A DNA stretch of 64,000 nt. Origin: a virus. Positions 44,651 to 54,536 of the stretch are shown here, in pieces (position 1 is the first letter of the stretch; every line of letters begins with the position of its first letter). Under the pieces are notes generated by a model, which saw only the letters and a list, made by a program, of their open reading frames with translations, was not told the DNA's origin and searched no databases. The stretch is taken from positions 32,001-96,000 of the IMG/VR virus record IMGVR_UViG_3300042090_002597; one strand, given 5' to 3'. Made by a program: the position numbers and the translations under genes.

Positions 44651-45997
44651 GTGGCGCTGACTGACTATAGCCACCAACAAACCGGGTCTGCTTTTCTCGC
44701 GGAACGTCGTTTCGCGCTGTTGGCGGACGATATGGGTTTGGGCAAAACCAGACAGGTTGTCTTGGCTTGTGACCGGGTCAGCGCCCGGAAAATTCTGGTA
44801 GTCTGTCCCGGCGCCGTGCGCGAACACTGGGCGCTCGAATTCGAGCAATGGTCTGACCAGGAACGGCCGGTTCATGTTGTCGAAGGTTTCCTGAAAGAAC
44901 CGCCAGGACCTGGCATAACTATCGTCTCTCATGCGGTGCTGAGCGACGCGACTCCATCTGCGAAACGACCGAACCGCGGTCAGTCGCTCCGACATTTGTT
45001 TTCCGGCCCGCCGTTTGACGTGATCGTGGTGGACGAGGCCCATGAGTTTCGCCAGTATCAAGCCGCTCGGACCCGTACTCTTTTTGCACCCGACGGTCTG
45101 GTCTCTCGCGCGAGTCAAATGTGGTGCCTGTCCGGAACGCCGATTGTGAACTCGGCGGCCGATTTCTACCCGATGCTTTACGGCGGCCTGGGATCGCAGG
45201 TGACATGGCAGGAATTCTGCGATCACTACTGCACAATGGTGCCCGACGCATACCAGGAGACGAAACCGGTCGGGATCAAAAATACCGAAGAGTTGGCCTT
45301 CATCCTGAAACCGTACGTAATTCGCCGCACCGCGGAATCACTCGACATAAAAATGCCGAACCTTACGGTGACGCGCGTGCCCGTCAAGATAGACGACAAC
45401 GCCTTGCAGCACATCATGGCCGGACTGGAAGGATGGACGCCCGCTCGATTGCAAGAGGCACTTGCGGAACAGGACGATCTGCGTGACTCCGCACTGGCTC
45501 GCGTGCGCCGAGCGCTTGGGCTGGCCAAGCTTGACACAGCTGCGGCACATATCCATTCCATAGTGGTCGCGGGTGAAGGCCCGGTGGTGGCGTTCTTCCA
45601 GCATACTGATGTACGCAAAGGTGTGTTTGACCGGTTGAAAGCCCGGGGACATCAACTTTCCTGGATTGACGGGACGGTCAGCCGCGCACAATTGCGCGCT
45701 GCAAAAGAATGGCTGCAGGGTGGGTGGCTGAACGATCTTCTCGTGCAGACGCAAGCTGGCGGGATGGGGCTGACGCTCACCCGGTCGCACCGGGTGGTGG
45801 TGATCGAACTTCCATGGACCGCAACTGCACTGCAACAGGCGATAAAAAGAATCCACCGAATTGGTCAGACCGCGGACTGCACTGCTGAAATTCTTTCGGC
45901 AGCCGGCTGCTGGCTGGACGAGGCCATGGCCGGAGTGGTAGGCGTGAAAGAGCGGGCATCAAACGATCTCCTCTCCCGGCTCACAACTAACATTTAA
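44651..45997 (+). CDS. SNF2-family helicase
   Basis: DDMGLGKT, DEAH, LSGTPI, GMGLTL, QAIKRIHRIGQ. Confidence 0.92.
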   Translation: MALTDYSHQQTGSAFLAERRFALLADDMGLGKTRQVVLACDRVSARKILVVCPGAVREHWALEFEQWSDQERPVHVVEGFLKEPPGPGITIVSHAVLSDATPSAKRPNRGQSLRHLFSGPPFDVIVVDEAHEFRQYQAARTRTLFAPDGLVSRASQMWCLSGTPIVNSAADFYPMLYGGLGSQVTWQEFCDHYCTMVPDAYQETKPVGIKNTEELAFILKPYVIRRTAESLDIKMPNLTVTRVPVKIDDNALQHIMAGLEGWTPARLQEALAEQDDLRDSALARVRRALGLAKLDTAAAHIHSIVVAGEGPVVAFFQHTDVRKGVFDRLKARGHQLSWIDGTVSRAQLRAAKEWLQGGWLNDLLVQTQAGGMGLTLTRSHRVVVIELPWTATALQQAIKRIHRIGQTADCTAEILSAAGCWLDEAMAGVVGVKERASNDLLSRLTTNI

Positions 45998-46047
45998 GTG
46001 TAAGATTACGTATTGCGCTGGAATGCGCGAAGTGATATCGAATTTTC

Positions 46048-46530
46048 ATGCAACCCGCCATCCGGCTTCCAGAACGCATTGCTACGTTCAAAAGCCCCTA
46101 CCATTTTCTGTCGAATTTCTGGGTGTGCCCCGCGGGCATCATCTGGGAAAACGACATTTTTCCGACCGTCGAGCATGCCTACCAGTGGACCAAGATGTCC
46201 GATCCGGCCGGGCGCGCAGCGATAATGACGCAAGAAAATCCGGGAGACGCTAAGAATGCAGCCAAACAATACCCGACGCGCGAAGACTGGCCTTTCATAA
46301 AACTGGACGTAATGCACGAACTTCTGCGGCTGAAGTTTCAGGACCGCTATCTCGGAGATTGGCTGCTCGCTACCGGCAGCGCTGAACTGGTGGAAGGAAA
46401 CACCTGGGGTGACGTTTTCTGGGGTGTGTGCAATGGCGTAGGCGAAAACCAGCTTGGCAAGTTGCTCATGCAGGTTCGAACTGAGCTTCGGATCGCAAAA
46501 ATATGTCCACGTAACAGGAGAATACGGTGA
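46048..46530 (+). CDS. NADAR (YbiA-like) protein
   Basis: FLSNFW, TVEHAYQ, LVEGNTWGDVFWG, GENQLGKLLM. Confidence 0.9.
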   Translation: MQPAIRLPERIATFKSPYHFLSNFWVCPAGIIWENDIFPTVEHAYQWTKMSDPAGRAAIMTQENPGDAKNAAKQYPTREDWPFIKLDVMHELLRLKFQDRYLGDWLLATGSAELVEGNTWGDVFWGVCNGVGENQLGKLLMQVRTELRIAKICPRNRRIR

Positions 46531-47390
46531 AGATTATTTTTGAAGTCACACCCAAGGACGGAGTCGACCCGTTGATTTTCGGGCAGGCAATCGCGTGGCT
46601 ACAGCAGATCGACGCGGGTGCTGTAGTTACGCGAACGGTTGCGGTTGGTGAAGTGTCAGCGGCCACAAAAGGCCCCGCTTCAGTTGTCGCGCCCGATCTG
46701 TCCGCGTCCGGCCACATCAACGATGGCGTGGAAAATCTCGCGGAAGAAGGCGAGGAAGTCGAGGAAGCCGCAGCCAACGCCGCTGTGACGGCGAACCTCG
46801 CCACTGCCGCCGCGGCGGTCGGACCGAAGAAGCGCGGCCGCAAGCCGAAGGGCCAGACTGCCGAAGCGCAGGTAGCCGCGCTCACGGGTGCTCTGCCCCC
46901 CGGCGCTATGCCGCCTGGGGTCACTCAGCCTGCGTTCACTCCGCCGCCGGTGGGTGTCGCTGCCATGTCGACGCAGCAGGCGGAACAGGGCGGAGGTTTT
47001 GCCATTCCGCCTGGTGCCGTCGGCGGCAACGGTTTTGCGCCGCAAGGTATGTCCACACCAATGGCGCCTCCCGCGGGAACAAACGGCGGGCCTGGGTCCG
47101 TACCAGTTGCGCCGCCCCCGGCTCCCGCAGCGGCCATGCCGTCCGCTGCACCTCCGTCGCCTGCACCGAATGGTGTGGTATCGCTGGAGGACTACAAGGC
47201 GCAGGTCCTGCAACTGCAGAATGCGGCACAGGCGGCGAGCAAGACGAACGCCTATCCGTTCAACATCATTCGCGCCGACACTTGGCCCGACGGAACGCCG
47301 AAGCCGTTCAAGACTATGATGCACGACTCGGTGCCGCCGGAGCACCGGCAACTGGTGCTGGATTGGAGCGCGCATCTTCTGAACTCCTGA
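46527..47390 (+). CDS. Pro/Ala-rich protein with AT-hook-like motif
   Basis: PKKRGRKPK; AGGAG RBS. Confidence 0.7.
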   Translation: MKIIFEVTPKDGVDPLIFGQAIAWLQQIDAGAVVTRTVAVGEVSAATKGPASVVAPDLSASGHINDGVENLAEEGEEVEEAAANAAVTANLATAAAAVGPKKRGRKPKGQTAEAQVAALTGALPPGAMPPGVTQPAFTPPPVGVAAMSTQQAEQGGGFAIPPGAVGGNGFAPQGMSTPMAPPAGTNGGPGSVPVAPPPAPAAAMPSAAPPSPAPNGVVSLEDYKAQVLQLQNAAQAASKTNAYPFNIIRADTWPDGTPKPFKTMMHDSVPPEHRQLVLDWSAHLLNS

Positions 47391-47488
47391 TACGGGGTAT
47401 TGTTGCAGGATATGCGCCGGACAAAGCGGGCGCCATAAAGATTGGTGCCTGCTTTTGAAATGTAACTAACAGTAGGAGTCATGTAGAA

Positions 47489-47704
47489 ATGAAACTGTAT
47501 AAAGTGGTCGACACCAAGAATGGCGCCAAGCCTTACTATACTGGCAGCGAGGGCGAGGCCAAAACCTACCGTCACGAAGTGACAGGCGGCAGCATCAACA
47601 AGAAGAAAGATTTCGAGATCGTTCCTGTGGAACTGTCCACGGACAAGAAAGGCATCATCGCCTTTTTGAACGCGCAGCCGGCGCCGGTCCTGGCAGCGTC
47701 ATGA
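47489..47704 (+). CDS. Hypothetical protein
   Basis: AGGAG RBS. Confidence 0.7.
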   Translation: MKLYKVVDTKNGAKPYYTGSEGEAKTYRHEVTGGSINKKKDFEIVPVELSTDKKGIIAFLNAQPAPVLAAS

Positions 47705-49074
47705 CACCAGAAAAACTCGCGCTGCTTAACGAATTGGTCGCAGCGGCGGGCGGAGACGCAGTTTTCCGCCCGTCCTCTGCCGATCGCTTGCTCGGCTGTC
47801 CGGGGAGCATTGTTCTTTCCGCCCGGGTGCCGCGAGGCGAAGAAAAGTCTTCCGGCTTCGCTGCCGAAGGCACTGCTGCCCATGCGGTGGTGGAAGACGC
47901 CCTTCGTGGCGTTCGATCACCGGAAGAGTGGGCCGATCAGTTCATCGAGCCGCGTCCCGGCATCCGCCAGTTGGTGGACGAAGAAATGGTCGAAGTGGCC
48001 AACGAGTATGTGGAGATCGTTGAATCGTTCGAAGGTCCCGGCACCAAGCGATTGGTGGAGCATCGGCTGTCCCTGGCGCCACTTGATCCTTCCGATCCGT
48101 TGTTCGGCCAGAACCGCGGCACGGCGGATACGGTGGTGGTTGACCCTATCCGCCGCAAGCTGACTATCGTTGACCTGAAGTACGGCAAGGGCGTGATCGT
48201 TGCCCGAGATACACCGCAGCTGAAAGACTATGCGCTGATGGCGCTTGTCACTTTCGCGGTGCCGGAAGGCTGGGACACGGTTGAGATCAAGGTCGTGCAG
48301 CCGCGCACTCCTCATTGGGAGGAAGCGCGCAATGAGCCTCCCGTGACATTCACGCCGGACTATCTCTACAACGAATTTCTCCCCCAGTTGGTCGGAGCCA
48401 TGGAAGAGGCTTTGGATCCCAAGGCCCGGCTTGTGCCAAATCCAAAATGGTGTCGCTGGTGCCCGGCGGCTGGACCGGACGAACGCGGCCAGCCCATCTG
48501 CCCCGCTCTGGCGGACAGAGCGATGCACATCGCCCGCGACGCATTCGCATCAGCGCCGCTGTTCAACGCTTCCTCGATTGCGGTCCTGCCTCCGAAAGAG
48601 ATCATGATCGACGCCAAGCCGCCCGCAGGCATGCCGCCGGGAAGTGTGGTGGTGCTTCCGTCTCCGCTGTCGCTGGACCCGGCCGATATCGCCACCATCC
48701 TGGACCGGCGCGAATTCTACGAGACCTTCATCACCGGAGTGGAAAAGCGCGCAGCGGCCCTTCTCATGGCGGGCGTCAATGTGCCAGGCTACGCGATGAA
48801 GCCGCGATCCGGGCACCGGCGGTTCAAGGATCCCGAAAAAGCGCCGGATGCGTTGCGGGCGATGGGTCTGCAAACCTCGGCGCTGTACACGGACCCGAAA
48901 CTGAAGTCGCCGGCGCAAATCGAAAAACTTCTTCCGGCCGACAAGAAAAAACTGCTTGAAACGCTGGTGGAAAAGCCCGAAGGTGAGCCGACACTTGTGC
49001 GTGCTTCATCGACAGGTTCAAGTGTGCCGATCGGCCTCGGACCAATTTCCGCGACCGCGCTACCACCGAACTGA
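47701..49074 (+). CDS. Cas4-like PD-(D/E)XK nuclease (DUF2800-like)
   Basis: PSSADRLLGCPGS, EGTAAH, GTAD, DLKYG, QLKDYA, CRWCP. Confidence 0.88.
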   Translation: MTPEKLALLNELVAAAGGDAVFRPSSADRLLGCPGSIVLSARVPRGEEKSSGFAAEGTAAHAVVEDALRGVRSPEEWADQFIEPRPGIRQLVDEEMVEVANEYVEIVESFEGPGTKRLVEHRLSLAPLDPSDPLFGQNRGTADTVVVDPIRRKLTIVDLKYGKGVIVARDTPQLKDYALMALVTFAVPEGWDTVEIKVVQPRTPHWEEARNEPPVTFTPDYLYNEFLPQLVGAMEEALDPKARLVPNPKWCRWCPAAGPDERGQPICPALADRAMHIARDAFASAPLFNASSIAVLPPKEIMIDAKPPAGMPPGSVVVLPSPLSLDPADIATILDRREFYETFITGVEKRAAALLMAGVNVPGYAMKPRSGHRRFKDPEKAPDALRAMGLQTSALYTDPKLKSPAQIEKLLPADKKKLLETLVEKPEGEPTLVRASSTGSSVPIGLGPISATALPPN

Positions 49075-49105
49075 AACCGAACAGACACCGAAAAGGACTC
49101 CTAAT

Positions 49106-50050
49106 ATGTCTCAGACACAGCCGATCTCCGACCATTTTCTCGCCTCCGAGGGGGCCAAGGTTCCCGCGCAGCAGGGACCTCTTGTGGTCAGCGCCGACTA
49201 CGGCAATATCCGCATGATCACTCCGGTCGCCCGGGCGTCCTACGCAACGCTCGACACGCCCCGTGTGGTCCCGGGCTCGAACGACCCGATCCGGCGCTAT
49301 TCGGTCACTTTGCTGCTCAATCCGGCGGCGTGCACCGAATTATACCAGGCCATCTGCATGGTCGCCAACGCACGCTGGCCGGCGGAGAAAAAACCCAATC
49401 CGCAGAACCCGAACGAAATCATCGAGGTTTCCGGCTCGCAGCTGCTGTTCTGGCCGAAGGAAGCCGGCGGCCTGCACTATCCGTTGCGTGACGGCAACCA
49501 GATGTACATGCGGGACCCCAAGAAGTACGAGGCTTTCCGCGGGCTGTTCACGCTGAACGCATCGCTGGCGGAGAAGACCCGCAAGGGCGTGGACCAGCGG
49601 CCGGTGTTCGTCAATGAGCAGGCGCAGCCGGAGGAGCCGAAACGGTTCTATTCGGGCTGCTACGTTCGGGCCCAGATTACCTTTGGCGCCTTTCCGCAAC
49701 CGGGCCAGCAGATCCCGAACCGCGGTATCTCGGTCACGTTGAACTCGGTGCAGTTCGTCTCCGATGGTCCGCGCCTGACCGGTTTCGACGGTGGCGCCGC
49801 CGCCTCCAGTGCTTTCGCCGCTGCGGGTGCGGTGGGCACGTCCGGCTACAACCCGGGTCCGGGTTTCGGGCCGAACCACGCCACTCCGAGTTCGGTGCCG
49901 CCGGGCGCCGCTCCAGGCTCGCCAGCGTACGGGTTTGCAGCACCTCCGCAGCAGCCCGCGCCTGGAGGTGTTCCGGTCGGTGCACCGAACCCGATGGCCC
50001 AACCGCAAGCTGGTTTCGGTGCTGGGGGCGCTCGCCCTCCCGGGGTCTGA
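49106..50050 (+). CDS. ssDNA-binding protein (DUF2815-like)
   Basis: RASYATL, YSVTLL, PLRDG, FYSGCYVRA, LNSVQFVSDG; lies between Cas4-like nuclease and PolA. Confidence 0.82.
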   Translation: MSQTQPISDHFLASEGAKVPAQQGPLVVSADYGNIRMITPVARASYATLDTPRVVPGSNDPIRRYSVTLLLNPAACTELYQAICMVANARWPAEKKPNPQNPNEIIEVSGSQLLFWPKEAGGLHYPLRDGNQMYMRDPKKYEAFRGLFTLNASLAEKTRKGVDQRPVFVNEQAQPEEPKRFYSGCYVRAQITFGAFPQPGQQIPNRGISVTLNSVQFVSDGPRLTGFDGGAAASSAFAAAGAVGTSGYNPGPGFGPNHATPSSVPPGAAPGSPAYGFAAPPQQPAPGGVPVGAPNPMAQPQAGFGAGGARPPGV

Positions 50051-50526
50051 TCCTCGCCGCCACAGGACACAGACCTCATAAACTTGGAGGATATGACAGC
50101 GGCACGCTAGGTCGCCTAATTGATCTGGCGTGCCGTTTTGTTGTTGAGACCAAACCTCGGCGGATGATATCCGGCATGGCACTTGGCTGGGATACCGCAT
50201 GGGCCATCGCCGCTATCCGGAACAAAGTGCCGCTTACTGTAGCGATACCGTTTCTTGGGCAAGAACAGCATTGGCCTCCTGCGGCGCAAGAACAATATCG
50301 CGTCATTCTGGACGCGGCGGATATTGTTGAATTGGTTGGCAGCACGGATTACTCGCCGCAAGTCATGCACGCAAGAAATCGCTGGATGGTTGACCGGTGC
50401 GAGGCTGTCGTGTCACTCTGGGACGGCAGCCCGGGCGGCACTGAAAATTGCGTGCGATACGCTGGTCTAGTCGGCCGTCCGGTGTTTAATCTTTGGCCAG
50501 AATGGACCGGTAGCTCAGATGGTTAG
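50047..50526 (+). CDS. SLOG/YspA-family protein (probable CTG start)
   Basis: ATGHRPHKLGGY, ISGMALGWD, RNRWMVD, WDGSPGGT. Confidence 0.85.
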   Translation: MILAATGHRPHKLGGYDSGTLGRLIDLACRFVVETKPRRMISGMALGWDTAWAIAAIRNKVPLTVAIPFLGQEQHWPPAAQEQYRVILDAADIVELVGSTDYSPQVMHARNRWMVDRCEAVVSLWDGSPGGTENCVRYAGLVGRPVFNLWPEWTGSSDG

Positions 50527-50580
50527 AGCGGGCCGCTCATAACGGTCGGGCCGCAGGTTCAAATCCTGCTCGGTCCACCA
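50504..50580 (+). tRNA. tRNA with CAU anticodon (probably Ile2, otherwise elongator Met)
   Basis: GGACCGG/TCGGTCC acceptor stem, D-loop, GGCCG-CTCATAA-CGGTC, GGTTCAAATCC, encoded CCA. Confidence 0.92.
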
Positions 50581-50585
50581 AAGCG

Positions 50586-50620
50586 AAACCCGGCGGAGAA
50601 ATCTGCCGGGTTTTCTTTTT
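50586..50620 (+). terminator. Rho-independent terminator
   Basis: AAACCCGGCGGA-GAAA-TCTGCCGGGTTT plus T tract. Confidence 0.85.
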
Positions 50621-50626
50621 CAGCGG

Positions 50627-50655
50627 TTGACGCTGCTGTGTTATTACGCTAAGAG
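50627..50655 (+). promoter_or_regulatory. Promoter with 16-bp motif in spacer
   Basis: TTGACG-CTGCTGTGTTATTACGC-TAAGAG. Confidence 0.6.
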
Positions 50656-50884
50656 TAATTTATGCCTTGCTGCGGATTGTTTCTGCGCTTCGACGCTTCG
50701 TGCGTCGGGTCAAGTGCGGAGATGACGGTTTCAGCACAGGAGCAGGAGAAGGGAAAACCGAGACGGTGTGCATTCTCAGTGAAGACTGGCGTTTGAAAAA
50801 CGTGGCCGAGCCGGATGAAACAGAGCCGGCGGTGATCAGAGGGACACACGCCCGAGGGCATCTTCTCCGTTTTTGGAGGGCGAA

Positions 50885-51103
50885 ATGAGCGATCCGGTAA
50901 ATCACCCTGCGCACTACGGCGGCGAAGATAATCCTTACGAAGCCATAAAAGTTATCGAAGCGTGGGACCTGGGGTTTTGTCTCGGCAACACTGTAAAATA
51001 CATTTCGCGCGCGGGTAAGAAATCAGCGGATGCGATCGAAGACCTGAAGAAGGCGCGCTGGTATCTGGATCGCGAGATCAGCCGCAGGGAGAAAACGACA
51101 TGA
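50885..51103 (+). CDS. DUF3310 protein
   Basis: DPVNHPAHY..GNTVKYISRAGKK..EDLKKARWYL. Confidence 0.88.
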   Translation: MSDPVNHPAHYGGEDNPYEAIKVIEAWDLGFCLGNTVKYISRAGKKSADAIEDLKKARWYLDREISRREKTT

Positions 51104-51996
51104 CCACAATCACCGCCAATATTATCGCCGACAGCATCAGTCCGGAAGGCATCCGGCTCACCACGATGCAACTTCGGTATCCGAAATGGATACACGGCGA
51201 GTTCATGACGCACCGTGTGTTTTCCCGGAATGCATCGTCATCTCGCGCCATTCCGGTGCCGCGGTTGATTCAGGATGTGTTGGACGATCCGGCGTTTCCT
51301 GTGCGGTGGACATCAAACAGGTCGGGTATGCAGGGCGGAGAGGAACTTGCAGACCCTGACTTATTTCACGCTAAAAATTTCATGAAAATTGCACTTGAGG
51401 ATGCAGTTCAGTGCGCTCGACAACTCCACAAACTGAACGCATCCAAACAACTCATCAATCGTGTACTCGAACCGTTCTGCCACATCAACGTTGTGGTAAC
51501 GGCGACGGACTGGGACAATTTCTTCGCGCTGCGTTGCCATCCTATGGCGGAACCGCACATGGAGATGCTGGCGAACGCTATGCGCGATGCGAGGAATGAA
51601 TCTACGCCCGTACCGTTGAAACCGGGTGAGTGGCACCTTCCTTACGTAAGCCCGATCAAGGAACTGAACCTGCTTCCGAGCAAGCCGGAAGGCGGGTTCG
51701 ACGACAAGTGGGCGTACGAACTCATGGTCAAACTGTCGGTCGCCCGGTGCGCCAGAGTGAGCTACCTCACGCATGAGGGTAAGACGCCGGACATCGCCGC
51801 TGATCTCGCGCTCTACGATCGTCTTGTTGGCTCGGTGCCGCTGCATGCGTCGCCCGCCGAGCACCAAGCAACTCCGGGTATGTTCTTGCATCATTTGCGA
51901 CACGACAAACACTGGGCCGACAGTCATCTTCACGGCAATTTTCGCGGGTGGGTACAGTTCCGGAAAACTCTTCCGAACGAAAACATTGCCGCATAG
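51100..51996 (+). CDS. thyX: Flavin-dependent thymidylate synthase-like protein
   Basis: THRVFSRNASSSRAIP, SVARCARVSY, HASPAEHQA. Confidence 0.85.
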   Translation: MTTITANIIADSISPEGIRLTTMQLRYPKWIHGEFMTHRVFSRNASSSRAIPVPRLIQDVLDDPAFPVRWTSNRSGMQGGEELADPDLFHAKNFMKIALEDAVQCARQLHKLNASKQLINRVLEPFCHINVVVTATDWDNFFALRCHPMAEPHMEMLANAMRDARNESTPVPLKPGEWHLPYVSPIKELNLLPSKPEGGFDDKWAYELMVKLSVARCARVSYLTHEGKTPDIAADLALYDRLVGSVPLHASPAEHQATPGMFLHHLRHDKHWADSHLHGNFRGWVQFRKTLPNENIAA

Positions 51997-54207
51997 ATGC
52001 CGCCCGTCTTCGGTTTTGACGCTGAGACGTCTTCGCCAGTAGACCTGCGTTTGCATGGTGCGGACGCCTACACGCGCCATCCCGAAACCCGTTGCCTGAT
52101 GTTCGTGGTGAAGCCTATTGGCGCGCCTGTAGCGCCAATATTGTGGCGCGAAGGCGATCCGGTACCACTGTCGTTGGCGGAACATGTGGCTGCTGGAGGC
52201 TTGCTGTCCGGCTGGAATGTTCTGTTTTTCGACCGGCTCGTCTATGAGCGCATTCTTGTCGCGCGCCACGGGTTTCCGCCAGTAGACGCCGACGCATGGA
52301 AAGATTCCATGCATTTAGCGGCAGCAGCAAATTTGCCGCGTAGCCTGGATGGTTGCGCAAAAGCGGTGGGTGTTGAGTTTCAGGGCGACCTGAAAGATTC
52401 CAACCGCATTCGCCGCATCACCGACGCCAAGCGTACGTCCATTCCGGCGCCCGTGGCGGAGATATTGAATAGTCCTGGTCGGTTCGACAAAAAACTGGTT
52501 GACGATCTTCAGTGGCTGGCGGACAGATGTGTGCAGGACGTGGCGATGGAGGAGAACGTATTCGTTCGACTACCGCAGTGGCCAAGCATCCGTCCGTGGG
52601 CCTTCATGCCTGCGATAGACCGCCGCATCAATGACCGCGGCGTGATGATCGACGTGCCGCTGGTGGAAGGTCTTGCCCGCGCAGCTGCGCTGGAGACATT
52701 GCGCATCAACGAAGAGATGCGTCGGATAACTGGCGGCGCGGTGTCGAAGGTCTCCAATATCGAGTCGCTGAAGCAGTGGTTGATGGGGAGGGGCGTTGAA
52801 CTTCCACGGGCGAACACGCAAGAGGACGAAGACGACGAGGCGGACAAAGAAGACGAACCCGAATCTGCTGCCTCGCGAAAATCGCCCTGGCGCCTGCGCA
52901 AGAACGATATCGCCGATCTCATGGGCCGATTGGACGTGCCGGAAGATTGCCGGTTGGCGCTCGGTTATCGAGCAGAGGCGGCGAAGGCATCCACCGCCAA
53001 ACTGAAGGCAATGTTGACTTCGGCGGATCCGAACACCAGTCGGCTGTACCAACATCTGACGCTCGGGGGCGCGCAGCAAACCATGCGGTGGTCAGGCAGC
53101 CGCTGGCAGGCGCATAATCTGGTGCGCGATGTGTTCGCCAATTTTGACGAGATCGCCGACACCAACGGGCTTGACGCCAAGAAAAATACTGTTGAAGTAA
53201 AACGACTGTCCGATGTTGCTTTGCGCACCGCCATTGAAGTCGGCCGCACCGGCGATCCCGATTTGATGCGGTCGCTCTACCAGACCATCCGCCGTGATGC
53301 ACAAAAACGTGATTTTCTTTCGGGTGTCATCCACTGGATATCTCGTATGCTGCGGCGCACGATATGCGCTCGATACGGACGTTTGCTGGTAAACGGAGAT
53401 TACGCTCAGATCGAGGCGCGCATCACCGTTTGGCTCTCGCAGCAACTGGACATGCTGCACGCTTACGCAACTGGCCAAGACGTTTATCGCGTGGCGGCTT
53501 CTGGTATTTTTGGAAAACCGCCGGAGCTTCTGACAAAATTTGAACGCCAAGCCGGGAAGGTTACCATTCTCGCCTGTGGATTTGGTGGAGCCGAAGGCGC
53601 GCTTGTAGCCATGGGCGTGAATTACGGTTTGCTGATGAGCAAGGAAGAAGGCAAGCCGATCGTGCACGCATGGCGCGCGGCCAACCAGGCAACCGTGAAA
53701 TACTGGTACGCCACCGATGACGCCGCCGCCGCGGCGGTGATGTACCCCGGCCGGGAGTTCCATGTGCCGCCACTCGGGCTGGTGTCTTATTTCTGCGAAG
53801 GCGACTGCCTGTGTGCGCGTCTTCCGACCGGCCGCATATTGCGCTACTGGCAGCCGCGGTTGCGTCAGGAATACTGGGCGGACGGCAAGCCGAAAAACCG
53901 GCTGAGCCTGAGCGGCCTGACCGTCAAAGGCAAAGCGGTGTTTCGCCGCTCGCTTTATCACACGATTTTGGTAGAGAATCAGGTGCAGGCGATCGGCGCC
54001 GACCTGCTTGCCACCGCGCTTGAAAACGCAGATAGTAACGGTCTGCCGGTTGTCCTGCATGTGCATGATTCGGTTGCGGGCGAAGCGGACGAAGACAAAG
54101 CCGAGAGCACGCTGCCTTTGCTGGAACACTGCATGACCGACATGCCTGCCTGGACCAAAGGTTTACCTATCAATGTCGACGCCGACGCATCAGCGAGGTT
54201 TGGATGA
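51997..54207 (+). CDS. polA: DNA polymerase family A with 3'-5' exonuclease
   Basis: FDAET, DYAQIEAR (A), RQAGKVTILACGFG (B), LHVHDS (C). Confidence 0.93.
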   Translation: MPPVFGFDAETSSPVDLRLHGADAYTRHPETRCLMFVVKPIGAPVAPILWREGDPVPLSLAEHVAAGGLLSGWNVLFFDRLVYERILVARHGFPPVDADAWKDSMHLAAAANLPRSLDGCAKAVGVEFQGDLKDSNRIRRITDAKRTSIPAPVAEILNSPGRFDKKLVDDLQWLADRCVQDVAMEENVFVRLPQWPSIRPWAFMPAIDRRINDRGVMIDVPLVEGLARAAALETLRINEEMRRITGGAVSKVSNIESLKQWLMGRGVELPRANTQEDEDDEADKEDEPESAASRKSPWRLRKNDIADLMGRLDVPEDCRLALGYRAEAAKASTAKLKAMLTSADPNTSRLYQHLTLGGAQQTMRWSGSRWQAHNLVRDVFANFDEIADTNGLDAKKNTVEVKRLSDVALRTAIEVGRTGDPDLMRSLYQTIRRDAQKRDFLSGVIHWISRMLRRTICARYGRLLVNGDYAQIEARITVWLSQQLDMLHAYATGQDVYRVAASGIFGKPPELLTKFERQAGKVTILACGFGGAEGALVAMGVNYGLLMSKEEGKPIVHAWRAANQATVKYWYATDDAAAAAVMYPGREFHVPPLGLVSYFCEGDCLCARLPTGRILRYWQPRLRQEYWADGKPKNRLSLSGLTVKGKAVFRRSLYHTILVENQVQAIGADLLATALENADSNGLPVVLHVHDSVAGEADEDKAESTLPLLEHCMTDMPAWTKGLPINVDADASARFG

Positions 54208-54536
54208 CCGAACATTTTTGGTTCCGGTATGAAGACGTTCGATATGCTGCTCCGGTTGATGAGTGGGGCGATTCATACGGGATCGGTCACCTGGAAGTGA
54301 AACTTAGAAAGTTTCCTGTCCTGAAGCACACGCCGAAAGGCGCATGGATAAACGGCTGGCGAGGCAGGCGATTTGTTCTCCGAGACGCAAGAAAAAGATA
54401 CGCTTGTCCGACGTTGGAAGAAGCGAAAGAATCTTTTATCGCCCGCAAAAAACGGCAAGCTGGTATTTACCGAGCGCGGCTCAGAGACGCTGAAGAAGCG
54501 ATCAAACTGATTGAAAGACAAGGTGTGCTGGCATGA
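54204..54536 (+). CDS. Hypothetical protein
   Basis: VLKHTPKGAWI..YACPTLEEAKESF. Confidence 0.7.
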   Translation: MTEHFWFRYEDVRYAAPVDEWGDSYGIGHLEVKLRKFPVLKHTPKGAWINGWRGRRFVLRDARKRYACPTLEEAKESFIARKKRQAGIYRARLRDAEEAIKLIERQGVLA

